Source of the DNA: Eledone cirrhosa
Taxonomy: Eukaryota
Length of the DNA: 64,000 nucleotides
Reading direction: 5' to 3'
NCBI GenBank assembly: GCA_964016885.1
Contig: OZ024756.1
Span: 40,114,001-40,178,000 of the forward strand
Shown piece by piece: positions 40,901 to 53,506 of the stretch. The position numbers and the translations under genes were made by a program. The notes beneath the pieces were generated by a model. That model did no database searches. It was not told the DNA's origin and was given only the letters and a program-made list of their open reading frames with translations. Numbering within the stretch: the stretch's first letter is position 1; every line of letters begins with the position of its first letter.

Positions 40901-43900
40901 ATCCACATATGTGTATATATATACACACATCCACATATATATTTACACACATAAATATATATATATAAATATATATATACACACACACAGACAGATATAT
41001 GTACACATACTGTAAGTTAAAAAGACAAAGAGGAGGATGACTGGAATTTACCTGTCCTTTCGCAACATAGAATCAGCCAACATTGAAAATATGCAGGAAA
41101 TAATGGCAGAATGGAATGAAGCCATTTCTTGGAAGAACGTGGATTCGATTAAGTTCCGAGTGAAACCTGCTTCAATTGACATTTCCCTGATTAATAAGAA
41201 GAGGAGAAAATTATAATTATAATTATTTTTTTTTTAAACTAAAATATATCCTTCCTCAACACATGACCAAAATATTAACGGAAATTTAAAAAAAAAAAAT
41301 TTTAAAAAATGTCAAACCTCTGTGAATGACCAGCTGTGTTAGCAATGAGAGTTCGGACAATAAATTGAGAAATGACCAAAATATCTTGAGGTGTGAAGAT
41401 TGGTTGTAAAATTGGGAGGTTATTGGTGAGAAACCACCAAGTAGCCTGGTTTATGGATCCCACAGGAAAGTCAGGGTGCTGAAGTGGAGAAATGGAAAGA
41501 ACATATCTAGTAGGAGTCATTTAAAACATGAATAATATTTAAAGGGACACGCAGTAACTATTTAACCCTTTCATTACTTGTGAAGTGGTTGGCATTAAGA
41601 AGGGCATCCAGTTGTAGTAAATCAAGCCAAAAGCAGAAGGTATGGTCACAAGCCTGCCTAATAACGTAACCACCTGTCTAAACTCATGAAAAATAAATGT
41701 TAAGTGATGGTTAAGACACTGCTTACGATTTTATATAATTTTGAAAATAGTCATTAATTTCAAGGGATGTAAGTAATATGTATAAAGAATAACATAACAG
41801 CTTCTTACATTTAATTATGACACTGTTTGGTAAACAGACATATAACAATGATGATGATGAGTCCTATATGGACTACAGAAGAGAAAGTGAGAGTGGCGAA
41901 GGAAATGGATGCTGTGATATTCAACTCATTACATCAAGGTTTGAGCAATGAAACTAAGTTAAATTCATTTCAAGCAGATATTGTCCAATCTGTTAGTTTA
42001 ATGCTAAAGATGCGCTTCAACGGAGCTGCACCAAGGCCACTCAATATCATCATCATCATCATGAAATCTTTAAAGTAAGGAATGACCCTCACCACGCAAC
42101 TATACCTAGTGATATATCTTGCTTTACAAATCTGTAAACACCTTCAAGAGTCAGGTAAATGACAAAATTAAATGAATTACTAAGATGAGAGGTGAGGGGG
42201 CTCAGACTTAAGTAACATGATTCGATTAAAACAGCTGCTTACCAACAGAAACAACTTACCAACACCTGATTCTTATTTTCAACAGAAACTTTACCAATAT
42301 CTTCAGTCATCAACATGTTTACAATGCCACTCAAATCACAAATCTTTGCCTTCTTCTTCTCTGATTCACACTGTGGGAATATCTGTATTGCTTTGATATA
42401 TTGCAACTGTAACAGGAACTGTTGGAGAAAAATAAACAAGTGTCTTTTCTTTGTTATATAAATTCATTCATTGATAAAATATTTTGCTATAAATCAGACA
42501 TTAAGGCTCAGCAGAAACATAATAGAATGTATGTTTAATTCTACACATCAATCACTCTCTAATACAAGGGCTATTTTACTCAAAATATAAGGATCTAATA
42601 AACATTTCCAAAGTATCATTCAGATTGTTTTGTTTTTCTTGCTTCCATTTCCTAGTATTTTGTGTTGAAGAAAATATTTTCAGAATTAAGAACATAATTT
42701 TTCTCTATAATAAACAAAACTGACATAATTATTGATGACACTGGCACATTAGTAACTAGTACTAACAATCTTTTAATTTAAATATGCACCATCTCACATA
42801 ACAATGGTCAGATAGAGAAAAACACTTACGCAAATAAGAGCTCCGTTTCCCTCAGACATCAAAATCTTCTTCCTGATTGATGCAGAGAGAAAGTTTAAGG
42901 AGGACAGGTCTAACATAGTTTCTTCTTCTCCTAGTGGTGTGTAATAGGCCAATAGTAATATTATCTCCCACCATTTATAGGTAATTAGTAGTGTTGCATC
43001 TAGAAGATCTGGATCACACTTTGGCTGAAATAAATGTGTTTTTTATTAGAAATATAACAAAAAAGGTCAGAGTTTATATATATTTAAAAACCTTCCATCA
43101 TATTCTTATATTTGGGGAGGGTCATGTTGTTATAATATTGTCATAGTTTTATGTAAGAACCTTTGTTAAGTTTTGTTCCAATCATCAGCTTAACCCTTTA
43201 GCATTTAAACCGTCCATATCCAGCCAGAATTCTCCTACCCCTTTCTGTTAAAACTGGCCGCTCATACTGGTGTTAAGGTATTGTTCTCAAAATAAATAAC
43301 ATCAAAATCTCATAGATTCAATATTATGTGAGATAAAACCCTTACCAAGAAAATACAATAGTATATATATAGTAATGTAAATGTTAAAGGGTTAAATTAA
43401 AAAATTAGTTATATTACTAAATCCTTTTATTTATTTTTTTTTTATAATTTTCAAAATTATTTGGAAATCATAAGTATTGTGATTCCTTGAGATATATGGT
43501 GATGAAAGAGTTAATTTTGTATGAGGTTAAAAACAACAACAGAAGATAAAAAACAACACAGCTTTACCTTATTAAGACACAAGTATATTGATGGTACCAT
43601 TATGGAGACCTTCATCCTTGTCTGCAAATTCTGTATTGCCTGTGTATTATTAGCAGTCATTGATGGTCCAACCACAACTATATGACCCAAGAAATTCAGT
43701 AACACACCAATTATACAAGAACACGCATGTTTCTGGTTGGAAATAGAGTCATCACCTGGTTGGAATGGAAAAACAACAAAAGAAAATTTTATTTTAGCTA
43801 ACCTCTTACAAGGCTGTACATCATAGGTTCTTTTCTCTCAGGTGCTTTAACCCTAACCCTAACCCTTTAGCATTTAAGCCAGAATTCTCCCACCTATTTC

Positions 43901-46900
43901 TGTTCAGACTGACCATAACTGGTCGCTCATACTGACGTTAAGGTATTGTTCTCAAAATAAATAACACCAAAATCTCATAGATTCAATATTATATGAGATA
44001 ATTATGTGAGGTAAAGCCTTTACCACAAAAAAACAATAGTATATATAGAGTAATGTAAATGTTAAAGGGTTAATGTCAGTCTTCACTGCTAGCAATGGTT
44101 AGATTGGTCTTCATAGACCAAGTCAGTACTTAAATAGAGCTACTGACCTCTCAGATGAGCCGGGAGCCTGCATCTTGCTTACATACAATCCCATGCTCAA
44201 CCAAGTGTATTTTATTGTGGCACTAGGGAAGGTTGTCATGTCTTTGACACAGCTCTTGACCCTTTGTTTGCCAGGTTTTCTATGGCTGGATGGATGACCA
44301 CTGGATCCCCAACCACTTTACTAATGAAAAACTTAGTTATTTTATTAACTTCAATACATATGCAGTGTGTTTCATTAAAAATATGCTAGAAAAGGGGTTG
44401 ATATTAATATTTAGGGAGCATTAAATATTACCATCATCTTCTTGGAATATTGGTGCTAACTCTCTTTCAATTGCAGTCAACAACTTCTCCCATATCTGTA
44501 TGGCAACAGTGTGAGGTAATAATTGGACAACATTCTGGAATCTAGAGAAAGAAAACAATAACAAAATTAATTGACTGAGAGATGAGGATTAACAATGGTT
44601 TCTAATTTAGATACAAGACTAGCAATTTGAGGAGAGGAGAAAGTTGATTATATCAACCCTGCAGTACTTGACTGCTACTATATTTTATGAACCTCGAAAG
44701 GATGCTTCTGCTACCATGTAACCTAGTACAATCTGGTTCATGGTTGAGCGGTCGGCGACTTAACAGCCCCCCCTCCCACACACACCACAAAAAATAAGAA
44801 ATCAGTAAAAGAATACAATAATGGTTGTGTTGCAATAATTGAACTAAAAGATGATATACTCACCGGACAGAGAATCTGTGAGGCCACTTGAAGTTATATC
44901 TGACAGATGATCTGATAACAGATGTTATCAACTTGTCAAATACGAAAGGTATTTGCCGTAACTTGTTGTATAACTCTAGAATACTTTCCAGAAAACAATC
45001 GACCTGATCAACTATGGAGAACTCCTCCCTTTCTGATAATACCGACCAGCAGACAGACAAGATATCATCCAAATATTCATTAGCTATATCTGGGTTGAGT
45101 AGAATCAAAGACTTCATACACAAGAACCACGATTCTGTTTTCCTGTTGGAATAGCAAGGTTATAACAATATTTTAGAGAGAGACAAAATGGGTTTGTGTA
45201 GATAACCATTTCATTACCATAGTTCTAATGAATTATACAGCAGATAACTTTCAAAATAATCAAGAATTTCGGGAGATTTTTTTTGGTGTTTGGAATATAA
45301 CTTAACAAAGGATCTTACATAAAACTATAATGGAAATATAAACAGTTTTGTATCACAGCAACAGAAAGTTACAGATGGTTTTGTATCAAAAGAATTAATC
45401 TTTCAGGATTTGCATAAAAATCAATTTAATGATTTCTTATTTTGGCGCAAGGCCAGCAAATTTGTGGGTGAATAGAGGAGTCAATTAAATCGACCCCAGT
45501 ACATGACTGGTACTTTATTGCTCTTGTCAGAATTTCATCTCAGAACATTAAGCGCTGAATAAATATTTCCATGTATTTGTTTTATGCTTCAATGATTTTA
45601 CCAATCCAACTGCAACTCAATAATTCTGTCTAAGATTGGCACAAGTTCAGCAAAGAGGAAGAGAAAGTTGATTATATTAACCCCAGTACTTAACTGGTAC
45701 TTAATCGAGACTGGAAGGATGAAAGGCAAAGGTGACGTTGGCAGGAATCGAACTCAGAATCTAAAGGGTCGTAACTAAATACTGAAATGTATTTCATCCG
45801 ACTTTGCCAATCAATCCACTTCCCACCAACATCGCCTTAATAATAATTGTTTCCACTTTTGGCACAAGGCCAGCAATTTTTGAAGGAAAGGGGGAAAGTC
45901 AATTAAATCGACTCAGTACATTACCGGTACTTTATTTCATCAACCCCCGTAAGGATAAAAGGCAAAGCTAATTGTGGCAAGATTTGAACTCAGAACATAA
46001 AGGGTCATAACTATATGTCACAAAGCATGTTGTCTGACTCTCTAATGACTGCCAATCCACTGCCCTCAACAACTTAATAACGAGAAGTAATTGGCCTAAA
46101 AAAAAAAAAGCTGTCATAAACATTCTCAAATACCAATTAAAAAAAACAAACCTTTCAGCTGTGATGAGAATTTGAGGGAGTTGTTGGGAGTACATGAACC
46201 AAAATTTCTCCTCGTTGTCTTTTACATCTAAATTATCAATATTCATATTGTTGATGTGGCTTAACAACTGTCCCATAACCTCTATAGCCTTGCTTTCTTC
46301 AACAGAACCTTGGAACTTGCATTCTTTCAAATTAAAGCCAAGCAACCAACTGATATTGTCCAACATCTTTTGAATAGCAGCAGAACTCTCCCTATATATA
46401 AATATACAGATAAAAATATCACTATACAGATGATATCACTATACAGATAATATAAAATATACCAACTTAATGAACATAACTCTTTATATATCCTTTAGTA
46501 TTTACATTACTCTATATTTACTATTGTATTTTCGTGGTAAAGGCTTTACCTCACATAATATTGAATCTATGAGATTTTGATGTGTATTTGGAGAACAATA
46601 CCTTAACATCAGTATGAGGGACCAGTTACAGCCGGTTTGAACAAAAGAAAATGAGAGAATTCTGGCCGGATATGGCCAGTTTAAATATTCCCACTTGTGT
46701 AAATCAGGAGATAATAGCTTAATAATATTAATTATTGTAATATTTGTGGTGAGTATAATATCATGATTCACCTATAGATAGGTATAAAATAACATAAGAC
46801 TGGAGATATAACCTTGTAGGAGTCCAGTTAATCCTACTTGGGGTGAAATGTAATAACAACAACAACATGAATATAAGATTTGTAGATAAGATGGAATGAT

Positions 46901-49090
46901 TTAAAATATCAAATGAAGTACTCACGTTTCTCCTTCAATAAAAAAGGCAAAAAGTTTTGGTAAATAATCCAAGACAGCAGCCTTAAAGTCACCAGCTAAC
47001 TCTACGTTTTCCTGATAATCAATAAAACAACAGAAGATAATCAAACATAATTTTCATGTAAATTTAAAGTAAGATAATTTAAAAAAAGTGCTAAAAAATA
47101 GGATCCAAGCAATGCAACATCGATGGAAGAAGTGTGCGGACAGCAGGGGAAAGTATGTTGAAAAATAAACTTCATTTGGTTATATTCCATGGCAGTGTCT
47201 TGGTCAGCTTATGACCTTTTTAACCAACCCTCATATATATTGAGTCGTCAAGTTTGAAATTTGTAGAAATTTGTTGTTTTTTTTCTCTACAAATACATAC
47301 ATATATATATATGACAGGCTTCTGTGACAGTTTTCATCTACCAAATTCACTTCCAAAGCATTGGTCAGACTAAAGATAAAGTAAGAGAGACTTGCCCAAG
47401 GTGATGTGTAGTGCTATTTGAGCCCGTAATCAGTTAAGTTAAGTTTACTATTTTACCATACACGTAAATATATTATAATAAATATATAAATAAAAATCTT
47501 ACAGTTCCAGTAATTGCTCTCTTCATTATTGTAAAGAATTGGGTAAATCTAGATTTGGTTTCTAAAACATTGGAGGACACATCATTCAGTTTTTCCAATT
47601 CCCTGAATAGTAATTGCTGTTCTCTGGAAAACAAACCAAAGTATGAGAATATAATGAAATGTTTTTCAAGACATCTTGTAAAACAACAAACTTTCTAAAT
47701 GGTTAGGATTGTTTTAGGAAAGCCAATACAATCATAATTGCCATTAAATGTCTATTTTCTATGCTTGCATGTTGCTGGATTGTCACATTATGAGGCCTGA
47801 CTGGTCAGGGGATCGTGTTTTGATTTTATGCTCCATTTATGGTTAAGTTACTACGACTGGATGCCCTTCTTAATGCCAACCACTTTACAGTGTACACTAG
47901 CGGCAGCATTCTTTTTGTGGCACTAACACTCCCACATTACAAATTTGAAAAAATAAGTCCTGATGTTCATATGATTGATTAAATATCATCAAGGTGGTGA
48001 CCCAGCATGACTTCAGTCAAGTGAAACTAATAAAGCAATATTTCATATTTCAAAATTTGGACCCCTTCTTCAAAAGGCAGAAATGGAATGTGATGAGAGC
48101 AAGCTGACCTATCAGATTTCTCAAACCGATCCCAACCAAACGTTCCGTATAAACTTTAAGACTTTCTATAAGAAATTTCAACTTATCTTCACTTACCTGT
48201 TGAAAATGGTATTTTTAATCAACTCATCAAGTAAGAGTGAAATACTATTGTAATCAGAATGGTGTCTGCATTTATATTGGAGAATTAAGACAGACTGAAA
48301 TAATTTCTTGTAGAACAATTTAAGAACCTGCAAAGAAAGGAAAATATATTTTGTTTAATACAATGGATCATGGATTGCAGAACTTGTTTCTTTTGATGGC
48401 AACCACTTACCATATTTACCGGCATCGAAGACGCTACTTTTTCCCTAAAATAAGTCTCAAAAATCTACCATGTGTCCTGGACGCCGAAGGTTGTTTATTA
48501 TTTTTTTTTCAAAATTAGGGTGCGTCCTCGGAGCCGGGAAATACAGTATATCATTTTGGTTGTAGGAATGACTTTAATGGTATTGATAATAATAGTAATA
48601 ATGTTAATGGTGATGCCAATATTGACAAACAAAGAATCAGCCAAAGCCAGCCAACTTACATGCATCTGATGACAACAGACTCTTTGACTGTCACAGTAAT
48701 ATTTAATCAGATTAGACAACATATCAAAAATGTGTGGCTCCATTTGACCAGATGTGGAAAGTTGTTGTAGACTTTTTTTACAGATAGTAGACAACAGGTT
48801 AGTCTGAAGAAGAAGAAGAAGAAGAAATAAATAGAGTAAGTACATTAATCTGAAATATATATATATATATATATATATATACCTCCCTTCTGTCACCTAC
48901 ACCACGTGATGATTTCTCCCGCCAGAGAAATATTCACTTTGTTATGGTCAGGAAACAGTCTTTGAGGATTCGACAGCCTCACAGCGTTGGTGCACTTCTC
49001 TGTGCAGCAGACCAGTCGATGAAACTGCAGTAGGAACTTTGAAGAAAAAATAGGTAATTCTTTGTCTATTCTTTCCTCCCATTTATAATT

Positions 49091-49143
<53 letters not shown>

Positions 49144-51888
49144 ATCCACAAGCACAGCTTTATTTCAATTTGGTGAAGAAATTAAATATTACTTATTCCA
49201 TCTATTAAAACATTCGGCTATGTCCTAGTTTTTAACATTGTTTGCAGTGTTAAGTAATATTTGGGTAAGGGGTGAAGAAGAAGAGGATGGAAGAATACCT
49301 ACCATATTTTCAATGTTCGATATAAAAAGGTAGGACAATGCTGAAGATGATAATAATAGCTTACAACATGTCATCACACTGTGAGAATAATTCACCTTGT
49401 TTTCAAACAATTCAGTGAGGCTGGAAATTAATACCTGCATAATAACAGAAATTTAGATTTTTTAGGGATGTTTCTTCTGCTTTTTTTTTTAAGTCTGAAG
49501 AAGAATGGTGTGGCAATAGTCTTTTTAAAATGGACAATTGAATAAGGTTTAACTCTTAACAACCTGTAATAATTTAGCAGAAAATATCTAAACACATGGC
49601 TGCTAATTCAAATGTTTATAGTATCTTTACCAGTGGTCAGATGCTTATGGAAATTTGCAATATTAAAGTAAAGACTAATGTAATGCAGTTATAGTGCAGT
49701 TTTGTACTTTTCAATAATATATTGCTAATGTGATTTCCTGTGGTTTATTAATTCAAAAGTTTATCATCATTTAACATCTATCTTCCACTCTAGCATGGGT
49801 TAGACATGGGTTATAGTGGACAGATCCTTGTGAAAATTTGCAGAAAACTAAACACTTTCATTTTTAATGTGATACTGTTATAGTTCTTTTTAAGAAGGCA
49901 GAAGAATTAGACTACTCACAGAACTGAAGGATGGTTTGAGACTCAAGAACTGTTTCTGGGATAACCGTTGCTGCATCTTGGTTGTCAGTAAGAGCCATTC
50001 CAAGCATTGCCATATGGCTTCAATATCTTCATCGGACAAACATTTCCTAAAGTGGAGAAAAGATTAAAACAGATTCAATACCTACCAAAGGTTCTCATCT
50101 GACCTTTGTAGGGGGTTATTTGTTGTGTGTGGGGGGAGGGTGTACATGGACTCTATAAGCTGAGGAGAAGGCATTCGGTCTAGAAGGGCAGTTAATTTGA
50201 ATAAATAAGACATGGGGAAGACATGGGCTCCTTAAGCTATAGTGAAGGCAAACTGTCTAAGAGGGTGGTCACTCCAAATATGTGTGACCGCAAGGGTTAG
50301 CCGTGAGCTCCTTAAGCCATGGTAAAAGCAACCAATCTTAGAGGGTGTCACTTTCAATAAATGAAATTGCAGAGGGTAAATGTGGGCTCCATAGGTCATA
50401 GCAAACAAAACATGTCCAGGAAAGCAATCACTGTGAACATAAACTGATACAGGGTAGAGAGAAGCTTTCAGTCCTATCAGACAATCTTGAATGAGCTGAA
50501 GTAGACAGAAGAGAAAATAAAAATACAGACGAAATTAATGAAAATTGTTACTTTCTTTACCTTTTCTTGTTCAACAATAATCCAACAATAAAATCTAGCA
50601 GGACTTCAGTCTTGTTAGGTATAATGACATAAGTAGACAACCATGAATACTTCACCAATTTTAACTTCACTTTCAGTGGTGTTGTTATAGACTTCAGACG
50701 TATATACACACCTGAAATAAATAAATAAAAATATATCTATCTTTGTAATATAATATAAATATCGAATGCAGTCTAATATAAATTTGTGTAGTCTTATATA
50801 TATATATATATATATATATATAACAAAGATGGTATGGTAAGATACCAGGTGGACCATAACGCACCAGAGTACTCGATACTCAGGATAGTAGAGTGGGTAA
50901 TAGGAAATAGGGAAAGAGCCAGGGGTCCTGACTCTTTTCCTATATATATATATATATATAAATTTATATGTCTACATAGTCTAATATATATTTGTATTTA
51001 TTCTTGTTGTGGTATAAATATGGCCACTGCTTTTGGTCACACTTTCTTAACTTTGTGTTTACTGTGGACGAAAATGTATTAATTTCTCGATCCATTGAGT
51101 CGTTTGTGACTGCCTCAAACAATTCGATTAGTATCTGCTACAACTTCGATTCATAGCCAGTATTATGGTTAGCATTAACAATAGATTTCCTATGGAGAAA
51201 CCCAAAATGTCTTGTCCGATTTACCGGATTCACTTGTTCCACTCAAATATAGAATATGTGTTGAAAACATTCAAACATTAACTGAATGGGCATCCAATTT
51301 CTAAGTAGAAACGTGATAGTGACTTCGAAGTTTAAGCCCACTCATTCCTAGCATGATCGTGGAGGCAGAGTCCTCAAACATTTCTTCCAGTGTGTCCTGT
51401 CAGAAGCAACCGTCTTAAATTGAACCGGCTGGATCCCCAAGCGATACAAGCCGAGCTGATGGATGTTATCCAACTATCTTGCTCGATGTCTACCCCTGGG
51501 ATCTCCTGCTGGTTGGTTTTGTCCGTAAAATCTGTCCAGCGGTTCTTTCCTGAGACATTCTAACCTCATGTCCGTAATATCGGAGCCGTGATCTCTCAAT
51601 TCGGAGAGTCAACGAAAGGAACCCTAGCTATAACGTGTATATATATGCAATGAATCCGGTAAATTTCATTTTCTATGGTAGACAAAACTATCTTGAAATT
51701 CACGTAGATGTAACCAATGTGAAATATAAATATTTAGAAGTGTAAGACATATAACAACTAGATGGACAGGAAAAATGAATGGCGAGGTTAAATATATAAT
51801 AAGTTGTATAATGTTGAAAGTAGTTTAGAGAATTAAATAAGGGAAAGTTTAAAAAACTCTAACCTGGTACAACATGTGGCACAGACAT
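31963..51888 (-). CDS. URB2: Unhealthy ribosome biogenesis protein 2 homolog (URB2/Npa2), about 1535 aa, 29 coding exons
   Basis: Exons (minus): 51864-51888, 50561-50711, 49920-50046, 49303-49434, 48660-48803, 48197-48327, 47503-47623, 46926-47011, 46152-46391, 44864-45142, 44432-44541, 43568-43755, 42830-43024, 42260-42418, 41318-41478, 41052-41186, 39946-40026, 39452-39569, 38616-38912, 37808-37924, 37513-37638, 36694-36930, 35644-36114, 35051-35158, 34162-34275, 33404-33590, 32995-33094, 32589-32700, 31963-32118; all phases agree (4608 nt). N-terminus GVYIRLKSITTPLKVKLKLVKYSWLSTYVIIPNKTEVLLDF and C-terminus VTLLPAVK...IFQSIYTIYSKNYKYKG resemble animal URB2 termini (recognised from memory). 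Confidence 0.9.
33095..33403 (-). other. U12-type (minor spliceosome) AT-AC intron in URB2
   Basis: 5' site ATATCCTTT (33395-33403), branch point TCCTTAAC (33104-33111), 3' end ...CCAC; splicing keeps the frame (GIVK-R-LIISVVAEG). Confidence 0.92.
33862..34084. mobile_element. piggyBac-like MITE copy
   Basis: TTAA target duplication and CCCTTTA/TAAAGGG termini. Confidence 0.75.
36192..36384. mobile_element. piggyBac-like MITE copy
   Basis: TTAA target duplication and CCCTTT/AAAGGG termini. Confidence 0.75.
37190..37480. repeat. Degenerate tandem repeat of about 50 bp in a URB2 intron
   Basis: Recurrent ATATTTGATCTCTGGTTCTATCTCACACACATCCACAGTACACAGAC. Confidence 0.85.
43194..43391. mobile_element. 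piggyBac-like MITE (about 200 bp; many copies)
   Basis: TTAA|CCCTTTAGCATTT...AAATGTTAAAGGG|TTAA. Other copies at 33862-34084, 36192-36384, 38216-38412 (reverse), about 13120-13305, 20756-20930, 43863-44070, 46490-46685 and 57815-58010. Confidence 0.8.
47095..47235 (+). mobile_element. Mariner transposon 3' remnant
   Basis: Reads IQAMQHRWKKCADSRGKYVEK*, matching the typical mariner transposase C-terminus, followed by a TIR-like end and TA. Confidence 0.7.
48410..48547. mobile_element. pogo/Tigger-like MITE
   Basis: TA|CCATATTTACCGGC..AAGACGC...GCGTCCT..GCCGGGAAATACAG|TA imperfect terminal inverted repeats. Confidence 0.5.
48957..49038 (+). ncRNA. Hammerhead-like motif with large loop II, in a (TA)n-flanked insertion in a URB2 intron
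   Basis: UUGAGGA U UCGAC-(40 nt)-GUCGA U GAAA CUGCAG UA GGAACU; C3-to-U change and imperfect helix I. Confidence 0.5.
50830..50945 (+). mobile_element. Third, internally deleted copy of the foldback element
   Basis: CCAGGTGGACCATAACGCACCAGAGTACTCGATACTCAGGATAGTAGAGTGGGTAATAGGAA is near-identical to the reverse complement of 11627-11688; short hairpin end; (TA)n on both sides. Confidence 0.65.
51350..51620 (-). mobile_element. Degenerate RTE LINE 3' fragment (URB2 intron 1)
   Basis: Homologous to 6300-6510; reads IERSRLRYYGHEVRMSQERTAGQILRTKPTSRRSQG. Confidence 0.75.
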
Positions 51889-51889
51889 A

Positions 51890-52690
51890 TTTTTAGTAAC
51901 ATGTGCTGTTGATAACCGGAAGTGTACAGGGGGAGATAACTACGAAATATTACTACTCGGCGCGTCCCTCTATTAAACCAAAATAATCTGGAATGAAATA
52001 TTAAATGTTATTTTGAAGCCTCTCCATTCCTTCAAAACATTAGACATTTCTACTAAAAAAAAATAAAAATATTACTGTCGTCACTAGCAGTCAAGTATGG
52101 CTTGGTAGTTTGTGGAATGTTTTTATTTTTTAAGTGTCCATGTAATCGCGAATAAACTCATACTATCTATCAACACTTCAGTGGAAGATCAAGAATGTGA
52201 TAACTAGAAGGAGAAAGTGTTGTCCCAGCTCTAGACTGGTATATTATTTGTCGATCTGATGAAGTAATTAAATAAAGGGGACTTTTGTTTGATAGACACC
52301 GCTTGAAGGAAGTTTAACTACGGAAGATCATATGTGTAATAAATTAAACATGAAGATTAACATGCACTAAAATAAAGATAGATGTTTTCAAACACATTCA
52401 TAAGATATATTCAAGTAGATTGAAGTATATTTGATGATGAAACTATAAGAAGTATGGCAATAAGAAAGTTGCTGGACGACCAATAGTGAAATAGTTATTG
52501 CCATGATGTCCATCCGTAATTTATCACTTTGTTTCTCTCGGTTGCCGTTCGCCATTTTCTCATTAATTTGTTACGAAGATATGCTTTCTTTTTTTATCTC
52601 TCGCTTTATCCTCTTTAATCAGTACATCATTTGCTAATTGGATCAAATAATGTCAAAGCGATTGACAATCGAATTACCAAAAGGTATTTA
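51890..52690. promoter_or_regulatory. Shared head-to-head promoter region between URB2 and the plus-strand ZNF gene
   Basis: ETS/GABP-type ACCGGAAGTG at 51915-51924, just upstream of the URB2 ATG. YY1-type CGCCATTTT at 52550-52558. Candidate plus-strand donor AAG|GTATTT near 52683 and acceptor TTTTACAG ending at 53341. Confidence 0.5.
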
Positions 52691-53506
52691 ATGTCTCACT
52701 ACCTTCTCTATTAAACGGTTACTTTGTGTATATTATATAGTAATCTTTATGTAAATCTCTTTATTCTCTATACACCTATTAAACTATTTACTATATTAAC
52801 ATCATAAGGCACTTTCAAATTAAGGATCGTGTTTATTTTATAGTTCATTTAGTTATTTACGTTAAATATTTAAGATGGTTATAGGGTGTTGAATTTACAG
52901 TCGTTAGACTGCTTTATGGTATTAGTTCCGGCTCTGTGCTATAAGTTCAAATCCCGCCGAGGTCAACTTTGCCTTTCATCCTTTTAAGGTCGATAAAAAA
53001 ATTACTTGTTTAGTACTAGGATCGATTCTTCCTCTATATTTCTATCACTTCCTCTCTCTCTCTCCTTCTGTGGAAGAAGAAATCGTCTGCGTTCAGACCT
53101 GGAGAAGAGATAGGTTCCGCCAGATTTGAAATGTCCAACGCATTTTATGTCAAAACAACGCCAAAAACGACTCGATCAGGAGTTAAGGATTTATAAATAT
53201 ATACATTTCTAACTTGCAGCTTTTCCACAGAACAAATCCTAACCATATAACTAACATTGCTTCACACATAAACTATATTCTGATGTTGAACAGTTTTATG
53301 TTAAAAAAATATATCTAACTCTTCTTTTTGTTATTTTACAGTGATGGAACCAAAATAGTAATGCTTCCAAATTAGTCTCATTGATGAGATTTGTTTCAGA
53401 AGCAAATTCTTTGACATTGACTTTTAGATATATATCCTCGTCTACCTGGTCATTGTTGTTTTGACTATGTCTGAAGTCGATCTTATGTTGTTGTCAAAGA
53501 ACTAGA

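Noticed and set aside
43848-43867. Interstitial telomere repeat (TAACCC)3
   Set aside because: Only three units, overlapping the TAACCCTTTAG end of a MITE.
31963-51888. Intronic snoRNAs expected in a ribosome-biogenesis host gene
   Set aside because: TGATGA hits seen were SINE tails or lacked a D box and terminal stem; no supportable candidate by eye.
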